A stretch of 64,000 nt of DNA from positions 25,050,001-25,114,000 of the forward strand of contig NC_087437.1 of NCBI RefSeq assembly GCF_036321535.1, written 5' to 3'. This stretch comes from Camelus dromedarius. Taxonomy: Eukaryota. Under the pieces are notes generated by a model. The model searched no databases and was not told where the DNA came from. It saw only the letters and a list, made by a program, of their open reading frames with translations. The position numbers and the translations under genes were made by a program. Position 1 is the stretch's first letter; the number at the start of each line of letters is the position of its first letter. Below are positions 50,273 through 64,000 of the stretch, piece after piece.

Positions 50273-51744
50273 TTAATTTTGTTTTTAAAATTTTTCCTTA
50301 AAAATATTTCTAAATTATCAGTATTATGATTAAATCATGCTTAAGGTATACCATCTTCTCACTAGATTTAGTATTTATGTATTTTTTAATGTACAAGTCC
50401 AAAATTTTAGTTCAGTTTCTTTTTTTTCCTGGTAAAATTGAAGCCCTCGGTACTATTGAAAATAGTAAGCTGGGATTCAGATTCAAAAAACATAACCTAT
50501 TTTAACTATATTTCCATTATTTTTCTGTTACATTGTTGCTTTAAAATATGTGATGATGATGTTATTGGTATAATAAAATATTTAAAAAGAATTTAAAAAA
50601 TCAAGACTAGCTAACTAGGTATTTTAATTACTTTATGACATGCATTCAGTTTTTCAATGTTGTTAATATATTAACCAACAAATACTACCAATAACTAATG
50701 AGGAAATATGAGAAGCGTCATCTTTCCAAAGCACATACTATCAGACTGATTGTCTTTATATTTTCTTAAATATTATAGGATTTTTTCTCATATGTAATAG
50801 TTATTATTAATGAAAATTGAATTATGATTAACCTTTAACAAAGTGGTTCTATCAGGGTATATATTTCAGTTTTAATTAGTAGCTGAATAAAATAGAATTT
50901 GAACATAATTTTAGGTTCACAAATTGGAATGAATTTATGTTGAAACTCTATAGTCAGCAGAGTAGATAAGCAGAAGCAATAAAAAGAATTGCATATAATT
51001 GCATCAGTCCAATAAATTTATTAAGCTGTTTTATATACACAGAGTATTTTATCTGGTTGAAAACATTCCTGAGTAGGCAGTGCTGGACTTCTTTATTCAT
51101 ATTATCGTTTGTGGATACACTTAAACATGACCATATCTGATAAAGAAATATTGGATTCTGTAAGATGGAAAGGAAATTTTACAATGTAGAAATTATCCAC
51201 CAGAGTCAGTTATTTTATGATAAATTTAGATATTGCGTGATTGCACTGAGCAAGAATACAAAGCATGACTCGAGAATTGGGAAGCAGGATGAGAGGAGAG
51301 TGGACGGAAATAGTCTCAGCTGCTGCATTTGGTTCAAGTGACAATCCGTGTCAAGTAAGTGTGCTATTTATCAAAGATTATCTTTTTGTTATAAAATGTT
51401 CATTAAGAGATTTTGATTTGTTGTTTTACTTTTTCCTGAGTGTGAAAGAGTAGTTAAAGAACCAGGATGATACATAGCTTTGATGAATTAACTTATCTCC
51501 ATTCGATGAAATATTTGCTACTCATTTGTCAAAACTGAAAAGATTATAGACTTGGAAAATACAACTGCCTGGATTCTCAATTTTGCACAGTAAGTCTTAA
51601 ATAAAACTATGTATGTTGTTGAATAGTAATCTTACCGCAAAGTTATTGTCAATTATGTTACTTTTTTCTTAACAAAAATAATTGCTTTCAAAATATTAGA
51701 CATTTTTTAAAACCGCAAACCTTATTATGCATTTGTTAACTGCA

Positions 51745-51865
51745 TTTTAGAACTGGAAGAGGCCTTAGAGATTATCTAATCCCATCTCTGTATTTTCCTT
51801 GGAGAGGGAACTGAGGCCAGATGAATGAAATAATGGATCCAAATTGCATAGCTACTTAAAGGCAC
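51745..51865 (-). mobile_element. MIR3-like remnant
   Basis: 'ttttagaactggaagaggccttagagattatctaatccc...gggaactgaggcc'. Confidence 0.7.
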
Positions 51866-52032
51866 TTAGAGGATTTTCATCCCAAGAAATTTAGAAAAAG
51901 ATTGATACCCTGTAGCATCCATTTGCTTTTACTTGTCTCATTAGAATTACTCTGAATCTGTGAAACTACAAAACATCTAGAGTAAGATAGATGTCCCCTT
52001 GGGGACAAAGTAGTAAGCCTCCATGCATGTGA

Positions 52033-52034
<2 letters not shown>

Positions 52035-52080
<46 letters not shown>
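52035..52080. repeat. (GT)23 perfect microsatellite
   Basis: 46 bp of uninterrupted GT. Confidence 0.97.
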
Positions 52081-52084
<4 letters not shown>

Positions 52085-54799
52085 CTGGGGATCACTGGAC
52101 TTCTCCAGTCTATTTTCTCAGTCACCTTGTTTCTAGCTGTAAGTATACCTGACAAATATCCCTTTCAGTTGGTCTGTTTTGAAGCTTAATTTACTTTTCG
52201 TTAGGGATTTTCTTTTTATTCTTTCACATAACTCTTTATCTGAAATAATATAAGAAATAAGAGGTTTAAGACTAGGAAGGAAGTGTCCATGTAGTATTTT
52301 TAAAATAAATGCCCCAAAACTGCACTTGAGCTGTGTTTTGAGAAAAGGAAAATTATCTCAGAACAACGTGGTAAAACTTCAGTGTATATTGTGATTCCCC
52401 TGTTGTAACCATCGCTGATGCCAACACATGTTCTGCATAAGGAGAGAAACACAAATTGAACTCAAAATGCCCCGAGAGTATTGTCCTTCATAACACCCTG
52501 GTGTCCCGTGTGTGGCTGAAATGAATAACAAATGACCGAGCTATTAAGATACTAAATAAAAGTCATCTAGGCCCATAATATTGATGTAACAGCACCTCGA
52601 TGCTGTATTTGCTTTCATTAGTCAGTGTGGAACAAATCTTTCCAGCTTAAAAAAGAAATGCATTGAGCTTGGTGGCAATATGCTCCAGGAATTTTTTAAA
52701 ACGAGACTCCTGCTGCAGCTCCTTTTAGTTTTCGGACATGCTCAGTATTATAGACACATCTACAAATGTGTGATTGTGTGGCTTTCAAGGTGTTTATTTT
52801 TTTTTTTTTAACCAGGTCTAGTTCTGGATATTGGCCATTATGAGTTTACCTTCTTCATCATAAACTGCCGGATTTACAACTAAAATGGAATCTGTCCAAT
52901 TGTTGAAATACACAGTGTTTATGACTATCTACCCAGACCTTTTTTCACTATGATTAAAATCAGATTTTCAAATTGAAGAGAGAGAGCGTGAATGAAGGAG
53001 ACTCCAAGCTCGGCATATTAAAATATGTACATAGGTACATAGATACGTATATTCCCCTTCTCCACAGAATGAAGAGGGAGTTTATCATTTTCCTTCTAAA
53101 TGGGAGCCCTGGTCCCGGTCTTGTGCTTGGGTGCACGCATGGGTGTCACATGTAGGGGTGTGCTCTCAGGGATATTAAAAATGAGTCGGACAACTCTGCT
53201 CTCATTCATACGCCATAAAAATTCAAATTGTCAAGACCGAATAAACTGCAAATGAAGAATCTCCCATCGCCTGACATCTCTAACAGGTCATCTAAGTTTT
53301 CACATAGCAGCCCTCTCTACCATAAGTATTTCCTATAAAATCATATCTGATATGCATTAATGTGACCAGAAAAGCCCATGATACCAGTGCCCATAGTGCA
53401 GGCAGATGTGCTGAGGACACCATTATCTGCGAGTAATTTTATCTATTTCCTAGTTGCCTGTTACGTTGGAAGAAACATCCTAGTTTTAAAATTATTTAAT
53501 CATTACTTAGGCTCCAGGTTCACTTTTTAAAATCTTTTTCAAATGGGAAAATATTTTTTTCCCCTCAAATGAACACAGATATGAAATAGAAAGACTAAGG
53601 CACACAGAGGCCAGGGGCAGCGTTTCGCAGGGACAGGTTCTGGTTGAATGAGCTCTGGGAAGTGTGCCAGATTAAGGGGAAAAAAAACCCGTTCTTCTCC
53701 TCCAATAGCCACCATGTTCATTATTAAGAAAAGCATATGAACCACAGGATTTGGTTTTAATAACACCAATGTCTTCATTAATCTGTATGTTCCATTTAGC
53801 CTCATTACGGAGCGAATGCTGAATGAAGGCAGTACGTGTTATTGTTGGACTTCCCTTGCAAACCTTCCTCTCCCCTTTTATCATTCGTTCAAGGACTATC
53901 AGGTGGATATGTCGAATTTTTAAACAGGCCTGGGGCCCTCAAGAGCTATTTTCTCCCCTCGGGTCTCAGGGAGACTTTAGGCCTAGAGTGTGGACAAAAG
54001 GATGTGGGAAATGGAACCACAGATTCCCATTCCAAACCATCATTCTTCCTGCTGTCGTTTGAATGCTGTCATGTCAGGAAGGCCTCTCCGTCACCTGCAA
54101 CCGAGATGATATTTCCTCGATGGTCTCTGGGCCTCCTTCTAAATCAAGAGCGGTGATAGCCAACCCTGCTTTGTATCTGCAGAACAAATAGTGGCCTTTG
54201 TCCAGCACAAGTCCCTAAACAAACTTAATCTCTCTAACACTGTGACAGATGACATTTAGATGTCCTTGTTACCCTTAAAATGAGTTTTATTGACAATCAG
54301 AGAACAAAAAGAAGGCCCAGAGAAAGCCCAATGTTTTATAGGCTTGCTAACAACATCTTAGTGCAGAGGGTGAGGAAAAAGCCTGAAGTTGCCCCCATTT
54401 TCCCCTGCTTTGCTATATCACCATGACAACAGATATAGAAATCACTTAGTGACTCCTAGAAAGAAAACACAGTGACACAGTACCCCTTGTATGGCGAATC
54501 AAACTAAAGCCTTCATTCAAATGGCTATTCAGCGTGGGCATTCATGTAGAGGATAGGGTGGATTTTACACAGGTAACTACAAGGGAAAGGCCAGCAAACC
54601 CTCCAGCCCCAGCATATGGCAGAGTCTTCGTCTAATTAATGCATCCTCAATAGAATTGATCCATTTTAAATTTGTTTTCTTTTACTTGAAACATCATTAA
54701 TGTAAAGGGCAACATTAATCAACATCGTGGAACTTAAAAGGGCATTAAAGAGTGATCTTTTTCCCTCTGCAGCAAGAATCTTTTCAAGTAGTCCTGTTA

Positions 54800-54990
54800 A
54801 CTGCCGCGGCGCACTCAGAGCTCCCCCCGAGAAAGCAAATCTAGAGAGGCCTCTACTGGCCAGTATGTCTCTGCGCAGCCTTCCGCGGGGCGCGGGCCCG
54901 CCAGAGCGGCCCGGGAATGGCTTTCGGCCTCTGCTGGAAAGGTGCACGCAAGACAGATCGCCGGGGAACACTAAATAACAGCATTCGTGC
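54800..54990. promoter_or_regulatory. Mini CpG island / candidate enhancer
   Basis: About 17 CpGs in ~190 bp of non-repeat DNA, next to TAAT-rich motifs including TGATTAATG (minus strand, 54713-54721). Confidence 0.5.
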
Positions 54991-55978
54991 TTCTTAATCT
55001 GTCTTCAGTGCTGTTTTGTTTTTTCAGATAATAGAAGCTCTGATGTATGAGCTGCTTGGACTCTGTGAGATGTTTTAAAATTATTCAACAAGGGAATAAC
55101 TAACAAGTGATTTTTTTTTTTACTTTGTATGAAAGATTCTTATGCGAGTTGAAGAGTTTACACCATTCTAATAGGAAATTAAACTGCTTGACATCGTGTG
55201 TGTTGGGGAGGGGGGACAGGGTTCACACACACACCTGTGTGTTTCCCTCAACCAGCAGAAAACCAAAATAAATTCTTCAGACAAAAATATCCAAAAATTA
55301 TTTTTGTGATTAATTGCAAAGCAAAAGTTTACTGCCAAGACTTCTTAGTTATAGTGAAAAAATATGGACTGAATAAATGAGATTTAACATGAAAATATCC
55401 TTGCTAATCAAATCAGGCCAAGAATCATCTCACTGCTTTTCATAGTAACTGGGGGAGAAAAGAAAAAAGTTTTTATTTTTCCACCAGAAGTTTAAAATTA
55501 TTTAATATTTCTTAGGCTGAGGATATACACAATCCATGCCTGCTTAGGGAAACCCTGGTTCCTTTAAAAAAAAAAAAAAAAAAAGATCTGACTCCACAAG
55601 TGTCATTTAACTTTGAAAGTTTTCAAAAGGTGAAATCCTAACTCTTTTCTTGTTCAACATTTATATTTTTATATTCAATATTATTTGAAGTCTGATTACA
55701 CCAGGAAATGATTCAAATTGCCCTTCCAAAATTTCATGAATTATTTTTCTTTGCACTGACTGGTGGTATCTTTTACCTTCAGATTCCTCCCAGTGTATTT
55801 TCAGTAGGGTCATTTCACATTTCAAATTGTTTCATGTTTATCTGAGAGAAAATTTTAGTCAAGCATTTTTTCCTAGGGTAGTTGGGTTAGCATGGTTCAG
55901 TAAATTACCTTCTGGATTATACAGATAATGCATGTAAATTCTGTGAGACATCTGGGGATCACTACCTGGTAGTCCCAA

Positions 55979-55998
55979 TAGCGACACCTACTGGTCGA
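55979..55998 (-). promoter_or_regulatory. CTCF core motif
   Basis: Minus strand TCGACCAGTAGGTGTCGCTA closely fits the CTCF core (CCASYAGRKGGCRS); two CpGs retained. Confidence 0.6.
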
Positions 55999-58900
55999 AA
56001 GAGAACCACAAATAGTTTCAGTTTTCTTTCTTAACTGTGCTGGAGACAGCTGCCAGGGTCTCTGTTAGTGTAAATGTACTTCTGTCTCAATTAGCTTTCC
56101 AGCTCTTCCAAACATAGAGTTCCACGTTCCCTGAAACCTTATAAGTGAGAGGAAAACCCCAGACAGTGTGATGTAAATGTTTAGTTATGAAAATGAAAAA
56201 AGTCACTACAAGAGGAATGTGTTCTAAATGAACACCGAATAGCGGATAGATATGTAATTACAATCTTAGGGGCCCTTACAGAGCATAGAAAATGAGAGTC
56301 CCAAATTTAACATAGTCCTTCTGAAAGTGCCATATTTCACAGTTAGGACTAGAAGAAGGATGGTCGAAACGCATAACAGAAAACACTTAACACTTCTCTA
56401 AAGTTTTCTAAAATGTTTATTAAATGTTTTATTTAAGAAGGAGCCAAGTTGATCCATAAAAAAAAAAGAATATATACTTCATAGCATCCCAATTTTCAAC
56501 AATCTTTGAGGTTTTATGCTCGTTTTACCAAAAATGCTCTTCCAGAACATGGATTTATCACTTCTCAGAAACGTTGGAATCACATTGGAATGTGATCATT
56601 TCTCAACTAAGGTAGAAGCACATGGTTTGCAGAACACTGGCTACGAGAAGGACATTCTCTGTGCATCAGAGAGGATTCCACATAAAAGCAAACTTTGCCA
56701 CAGCAGACCCACAACTATTGAGAAGAAGTAGGACCTTCATTTCTCTGTGATGCTCCCCTTTAAAATATGTGTGTTCTTAATTTATAATATCATTACCTGA
56801 CACTTCAGAGGATTTCTAGTTCTTCATGCAGCACTTGTAGACTAAATAAGAAACTGCTTTGGAAAATTATCCCAAGGTCCATACAACACCTATATAGACC
56901 AATTTGCTTGTTAAACACTTAACGCTATTATTGATAATTTTGGAGTTTTACAGTCACATGAGCTAAAAATGTCAGACTAGAAAGAAATCAATTTTAACAC
57001 AAGTTTAATTGGATGGGTATTTGCAAGCAAAATGTATCTGATATTTCTTTCAGAAAACTCGGGGTCTTTATTGATATTTCGGATTACAAAGAAAATATGA
57101 CCATCGGTGTCCAAAAATACTGTTTTGCCTTGGGGACTGTGTCAGGCATATGGTGAACCAGCGAGTCGTTTACTCCATGATACACATTTATGACTACTTT
57201 TGTGATATCACTGTGAGGAAACATGTGAAAATGTCTCACAAATTATGTAGTAGACAGTTATACTGGTGTCTTTGAAACCATCTTTGTCTCTGCTGTGTGC
57301 CTTTGTTTGTACAACTTGAGCACATGCTTCAAAATGTCATCAGGATTACAAGCATGCAGGGAGTGAAGTATTGCTTCTTCTGCGTCAATATCAGAGGCTT
57401 GCTACTTGATTTCATTAAATAGTTCATCAGCCAACTGCACTTGGTAAAATCACCAAATTCCTTCTTTGTATTTCTTGCAAGAGATACTTTGCAATGCTGT
57501 TATTTATGATCTGAGTGGGAAAAATCCTTCAAAAATTATTCTTGATAATGAATGTGGGGAAACAAAGGACTTTTGAAAAATCACGTACATTACAACACAA
57601 AAATCAGAAAGCACGGTGTTTCTACAAAATCACTTGGCCAACACCCTGGCCATTAGATCGGGATATAATATACTCAGGTTGAAAACAGAACAGGACTGGA
57701 AACAAAATAGCCACAAAAACGGGAAAAGTTTTTGGTTAGGTTTGGGTTTTCCTGGGGACCTGAACTAGCAATTCAGCTGATCATGAGACACGACCATAAA
57801 GAAAGACCTCGTTTTGCCCTCAGAGAGTTCATGCAGGGAGTGCATACAGGATTTGCATGGCATAAAGCTTCACAAAACCCAAGGGCTGTCAGGAGGAAAT
57901 GGGATCCAGGAGGACAGGCCAGGCCAAGCATCCCTTCAACAGCAAAGCCACACAAGACAGCCAGAGGCAGCGCAGCGGCTGCCAACACAACTGCCTACCA
58001 CGTCTGCCAAGGAGCCAGCAGCCGCTTGTGGGAAAATATCACTTACCCTTAGCATCTGGGTCCTGTGATTGTTATCCAAAGAGACAGAGTGGTAAGATAC
58101 AGTGGGATAAACAGCATCCCATTAAACACACACACACACATTGTCTCTCTGTGATCAGAGATAAGCCATACATGGTCTTGAATTAGAAGGACTTTCCATA
58201 GTTGGAATTCTTTTAAATGAGATCTATTCTTAGTTACGTATTCATACTTCACAATGAGATGAGCTTAAGCAATTACTTTTCACCAAGAGCTTTGGTCTGG
58301 AAAAACCAGGAATTCGTTGTATTTGTGTGTATTTGCAGATGGGTATAGTCCACTATATTTTTACTCCCTTGTATTAGCTGTTTGTAGCTGGCTGATAGGA
58401 TTATTTAAAATTAAATCTGGATCATGGGTAAACAGACTAAAATGAGCTTTGATGTTAAACTTTTTTCCCCTCTGTTTTTAATACTGTTCCACTGTTTATT
58501 TTTAAGAAGCCAGATTCCAAACATATACTCATAAAATAGTTGGTGAAAATTCTTATTCAGTATGTATTGTGTTATAAGCATACTGTGATATGCATACAAT
58601 ATCATATCTAGAACTATGATTTATATATAGTGTTATATATAATGTTATATGTGTATAAGCACTTTGAAGTTCGATGAAATCTCTTCTAAAGCATACACTT
58701 TTAATTCACATTAGAACAAGTGTTCTGAAAGTTTCCAAATGTGATGATGTGATCGTATAGATTCACTCTGTAAGGGGTGGGGGAGGGAATCTGGAGATTT
58801 TAAAGATTGGAGACACCTTGTGGTTAACACAAGGGCCTTAATATTCTAACCATATACCCATTCTTCGAGGATCTTCATCACTGTGGAAAGAAAGGGATAC

Positions 58901-61637
58901 CCTTCTTTTTTTTTGAGTCAGCAACAGAGGGGTGAGAAAAGTATTTTTAATTTTAAATATTCTGCTCTGATATTAAGAACAGAAAAGAGTGCTGTTTTAA
59001 GTGTCGATGACAACACAATGTACCCAAAGATGATTTTTTTTTGTATTTAAATTCATAACAAGTCAATTCTATTACACAGGTTAATGGAGATCATTTGGAA
59101 TTACAACTTTACTCATCTACACAGCAGGTTTATTATTAAAATTCTTTTATTTTCCACGAATAAAATTAAAATTTCAGTTGCCTTTGGATGACTAAAAAAT
59201 GTGCATTTCAAGGCCATAAAATCCAGTTGCTTATTTATGCATATTATGTGAGAAAATGTATATAGATCAGTTTATGATATAGCATATATAATGACACACA
59301 TATAACTACTTATAAACATGTTACACACATGGGCATAAACGATACATGTGGGCATTGAATGTTTTGTTTGTATAAATAGCAAAGTAATCGAGGAATGTCT
59401 AAGCACATAATAATAGCATGAAGACAATATTCTAGGGAGATGGAGTCCTGTGGAAGTACAAACCCACATAGTAAACAATTGATGTGTTTTGTTTATTTTT
59501 GTTGCATTTTACTATCACATACACACACAAAAGAAAATTTGATTCTAACTTGCAGTCTTTGGATTATGAAATTATTTCCTTCTGGTACCAAATAATGCTC
59601 AAAATCATTCAGATTTAGTTTTCTATTTATAACATTTCTATGCAAACTAGAAATTTATGGTGCAAAGTCTTTCTTTTATATTGCATATCTGAGTAATGGT
59701 GGAAGAGACTGAATTTAAAACGGTGCTCAGTTATGGGAGTGAGGAAGGAGATAAAAGAATAGATTCTAAATATTTTGCTTCACTCAAAAGTTTTAAATGT
59801 TCAACTGAAATCAGAAAGACTTCTCCAATTTTTATAAATACATAAAATAACTTATGAAAGAATGCAAAAGATCAATAAGAATTTATGAAAACTTTTTCTA
59901 TGCTTTGTGTTGTTTCATTTGCCAAAAGGAAGCAAATATACCCAGAAAGATATGCATAAAATCAGACTTTTTTCTAGGACATTTAAATCATTACACTCTA
60001 AAAGTATAATCGTAAAAGCAAGCATTTAATTTTAACTTTATGGCCATCTATTTGTACACATTTGTCATTTTTCTTGTATCTTTTTTCAATATTTTAATTT
60101 GTTTTCTTATCGATTTGCCTTTTTTCCCATTTCATCTCTCATTGCTAAGATTTGCATCGAACAGTTTCAATTTTCATTCTTTTAATTTATTCTGTACCTT
60201 TAATCTTTAATTGTTTTCTTTCTTAAGTTTAGCTGGTTTCTTAACCCACCAGCTTAATTCGGTATTCTCTAATACCATATAATATATCATAGGATGTAGC
60301 TTTAATACAAAAACATTTCTCCCAAATCTTAGTGTATTAACACTACTGAATTTCAGCTTATTATAATTGCATGTGGCACAGCCATTTAACCCTTAATGAT
60401 CTTAACATTTTAAATTGTGAAGAGGAAGATCATACTCATTTACTAAAGCCACTGCAGTTTGCATACTTAACTAAATACACAGCCACGACACCCAGGGATT
60501 TTTTTTTCCTCTAAGATTCCAGCTGAAGCTGCAGAGGACAAGTCAGTCCCACATTCCCTGTGTTCATCCTATATTCTTCACAACTGTCCAAATCGTATTC
60601 GAATTTGCTTATAATGATGTTATATGATGTCCTTGTTGTGATACCTGCATTTGTGGAGAACTTAATATTGATTTACTGTGTCTTTTGCTCATCTTTGAGC
60701 AGCCTAGATAGCAATTACAGCTGTTGGTGGTATCTATTTTGTCTTTTCATAATTGTCATTTCTTGTTCTACTTAAGATTAAAATATGAAAATTGTACCAC
60801 GTGTACATCAACAGTGCATTAGCCAAGTTATCCGCGCTATCTGTGAAGAACCATCATTTTAACTATGGTTCTTTGCCTTGCACCTTCATTTTATTTATGA
60901 AAATTGCATGCTACAATATAAACTTGCCCAAGGAGCACATTCGAAGGGGAGCCTCCCCGACATCAAGTCCTCATCTGGACCATTACCGAGAAGTCACCAG
61001 GGCTTTCCCAATACCTGCCTGCCTCTGCCAAAAGCTTTCTCTCCCTCAGTCAGGGATTTCTGACAAGCAGAGGCTGCTTTGTTATTTTCAACTCTAACTT
61101 TAAAGAACCCTCCCAGTTTCTGAGCTCTCTCTGCTCCTCTCATTTCAATCCACATTTCATAAAGGATAATATATCTTTTTACAAGCAAAGTCATTTTTTT
61201 AATAATAGAGAAGACGTGAAATGAGGTTTTTCCTAACCCCAAATAGGTTTACCAGGTATAGTGTTCTTCAAAGGACGGTTAAGAGCTGTTCCAGAATTCA
61301 AAAATGTCTCATTTGAAGAACACATACACTTAGTGGGGAGGGGGGGCAGTAATAACAACACCTGGGGCTCGTGTCATGTGGAAATTTATCAAGCAGAGAC
61401 AGCAAAAATAAATTTTTAAATGGTGGAGAGAGAAAACTTTTTTTGCAACTAATTTAGGATTTTTTTTTTTCTGGTCAATTTATATAAAACACGCAGCTGA
61501 AAGAACTGAAGCATTTTATGATTCCATCTTGACTCAACAAACCTTGAACTGCTTGAGAAGGATTTTTTATGTTGTACAATGAAAATAAATACCATATTTC
61601 AAGATGAAACTGAACAAATATTTGAATACCACCCCTT

Positions 61638-61696
61638 ACACGCACACACATACACGTACACACACACGTACACACACACACATGAACACACACATA
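61638..61696. repeat. Imperfect (CA)n microsatellite
   Basis: acacgcacacacatacacgtacacacacacgtacacacacacacatgaacacacacat. Confidence 0.85.
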
Positions 61697-64000
61697 TACT
61701 TCCCTATCAGCAGACTACATCCACCTAGTCCCTGAAAGGCATTCACTTTAAGAATCACCATTGTTTTATTTTGCTACATCTGTTTAGAGACTTTTAAAAA
61801 ATGACTATGTGCAGGAAAATAATAAACGCCTCTGTAATCTGAAGCAGAGGCCCCTCCTTAGGAGGCTGCGTAGGGCGTTTGTGGTGTTGTTATTGTTGTG
61901 GTGGAAATCCAGCTAATAAAGGCTTTCTCTTACACAAGAGAATTTTGACAGGGTTGACTCCAGACAGCTTTCCAGCTGAGGTCTGGGGCCTTGCTGAACC
62001 TTCAAAATTTTCCCATTTGAGCTGCATCAAAGTGAAGGAAATTCAAGGATCACGAACGTCTCAGATGGTAGCACTTGCCCTAACAACGAAGGTTCAGGAA
62101 TTCTTTGGAGCAGGCTGAGGTCATTTTTCTCCCCTTTTCTCCTAATGCTTTTCTCTATTAATCAGAGCTCAGAGCTCAGATTGGTCTTCAACTTCCTCCC
62201 AATCCTTGCTAAGCCTGTCATTTCTAGCTATTATTTACTTTAATGGACTTTGGCTGATCCCTTATGAAGCTTTGGATCTGAGAATAATAAGGCTGGAGAG
62301 TAACGGGCATAGACATGGGTGTGGGTTTGCCTGCAGATTAACCGTGGCAGATGGGCTTTATTGCGGTTTCCTGTGTCCTGAGTGTTGATTGAGAGGGGAT
62401 AATGAGAGAGGTGGTGTCTACACAATGGTCACAGCCACTTCATTGCACTTTGCGTCTAAACAACCCCATTTTTCTAAACCTTTGGGTTGTGAAATTTTAG
62501 GAAGTCAGAGCACAAGAACAAGTACAAAAACAACTGTAAATAACCACGAATGTTAATCCAACACTAATTGGTCCCTTCTTTCAATATGAGTCCATTTTGC
62601 TCAGTTTTTAAAATTCTGGGTAAATTCATGGCAAAAATGGCAAAACGAAATGTTATTGCTTTGGGGAGTTTGGGATGAAATAGTGAGCAATGAGTATTTT
62701 CTGGGTGTGTTTTTTGTTTGCTTGAAGTTTCCTGTTTGTTTGTTTTTGTTAAATACATGCTCTATCTGGTAAGAACCACAGATAACAAAAGCTTAAGTTG
62801 TAATTATTTTCAAATGCTTTGGGCATTATCATGTTGGGGATAGTTTTCTGAATTAAACTTGACATTGTTCAAAAAATAACATCAGGGCAATTGTTTTTGC
62901 CCCGGGCATAGGAAAGCAAAGAATTTTTTTTTTTTTTTACCTTTCTTTATCGCCTGCTTTTGATGCCAGTGTCTGCTCTGTTGCAACTTGCTGTGCTGTT
63001 AAAACATTTTTGTTATAGGTGCTGGCGAAAGGTCTTTTACACATTCCTCATTTTTAAGATTTTACTTAATTCCTCCCTTTCACCAATGGATTAAATCACA
63101 ACTATTGATTCCTTTCTTCCTTTGGGGCTTTACCCATCTGTCTTAATGCTTTCATCCTACACCCCTTGGTCTCAGAGGGGTGTTCTGAAAATGAACCGCC
63201 AAAACCTGGAGAAGACTCTAGGTCAAGTTTGTGTACAAGAGTTTAAATTTTTAGTGACAGTCCTCTCTCACAGCCTCCTGAAAGTTTCCACACAGAGCTG
63301 CACAAGCGAGCACCACCAATTATCCTTCTCCTTTGAAAACCATTATCAAGTTTTTCAAAACTTCTTTCATTTCACTGTTGTCATTCAGTGAAAAGGAAAC
63401 TAACCACCATGTCAAGACAACTCCGCTGCCTAGCAACGCAGGGCCACATTTTAATTCTGACTTGCTTCTGGTCTTGACTAATAGAAAGTGACTATGTTAA
63501 GCCAGTCACAAGAGTTGTTTGTCACTTCTGAAATGCAAACAAAACTATATTGTTTTCCAAAGTATTGGGTGTGATTGATGTAAAGATTTACAGTAACATC
63601 ATTCATTTTCTCTTGTGTTTTAGTAGGATTGATGTCATATCTTTTCATGCTTTATTAAATGCTTTAAAAGAGCTCAAAAAAAATGACGCTTTTTGTCCGT
63701 TAAAGAGTCTAAAGAAGGCTTTTTTTTTCCAGTAGACTCCAACAACTTGTGAAATTTAATGAATCTATTCAACCAGTGTCAACCACATCAATAAATAATT
63801 TAATAAGAAACCATCATCCATGAAGGAGAGTGTATTTCAAACAATTGGAGAGGAACAGACCAGACCAAGGTCAACATTATGGGGGGGTAGGAAAAGTTAA
63901 GCTTTTAAGTTGTGAGTCTTACTGTTTGATTGATCAAATTTTCCCACAGCCCTGTGTTCTTGACTTTTGGTGTGAAAAGCTGCAGGTTGCTACCGATGTG

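Noticed and set aside
51877..52155. ORF with (HT)n
   Set aside because: Translation of the (GT)23 microsatellite.
56127..56150. tccctgaaaccttataagtga resembling miR-125b
   Set aside because: Seed mismatch, several other differences and no complementary arm.
52100..64000. Repeated CCATAAA/TTTATGG (CDX/HOX) motifs
   Set aside because: The count is about what chance predicts at this AT content.

Overview
AT-rich eutherian genomic DNA, probably camelid. The taxon is inferred from a Vic-1-like tRNA-derived SINE at about 50.2 kb and L1 3' ends resembling camelid/cetartiodactyl L1s; I recognised these from memory and did not search a database. No recognisable protein-coding gene is present. The listed ORFs are spurious or fall in L1 5'UTR, LTR or simple-repeat DNA. 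The window reads as deep intron or gene desert. Bases 1-52 kb are a mosaic of old L1, L2, MIR, MaLR (MLT1) LTRs, an ERV1-type solo LTR and hAT/Tigger DNA transposons, with several nested or inverted insertions. Bases 52-64 kb are transposon-poor and contain a small CpG cluster and a strong CTCF motif, which suggests regulatory DNA. The two most interesting non-repeat signals are both on the minus strand. One is a recursive-splice-site-like motif (long pyrimidine tract + CAG|GTAAGC) at 14.06 kb. The other is a well-bounded exon at 41953-42080 carrying a 29-codon amphipathic smORF whose stop codon lies inside one of two tandem 5' splice sites. Repeat family names and most boundaries are by-eye estimates.
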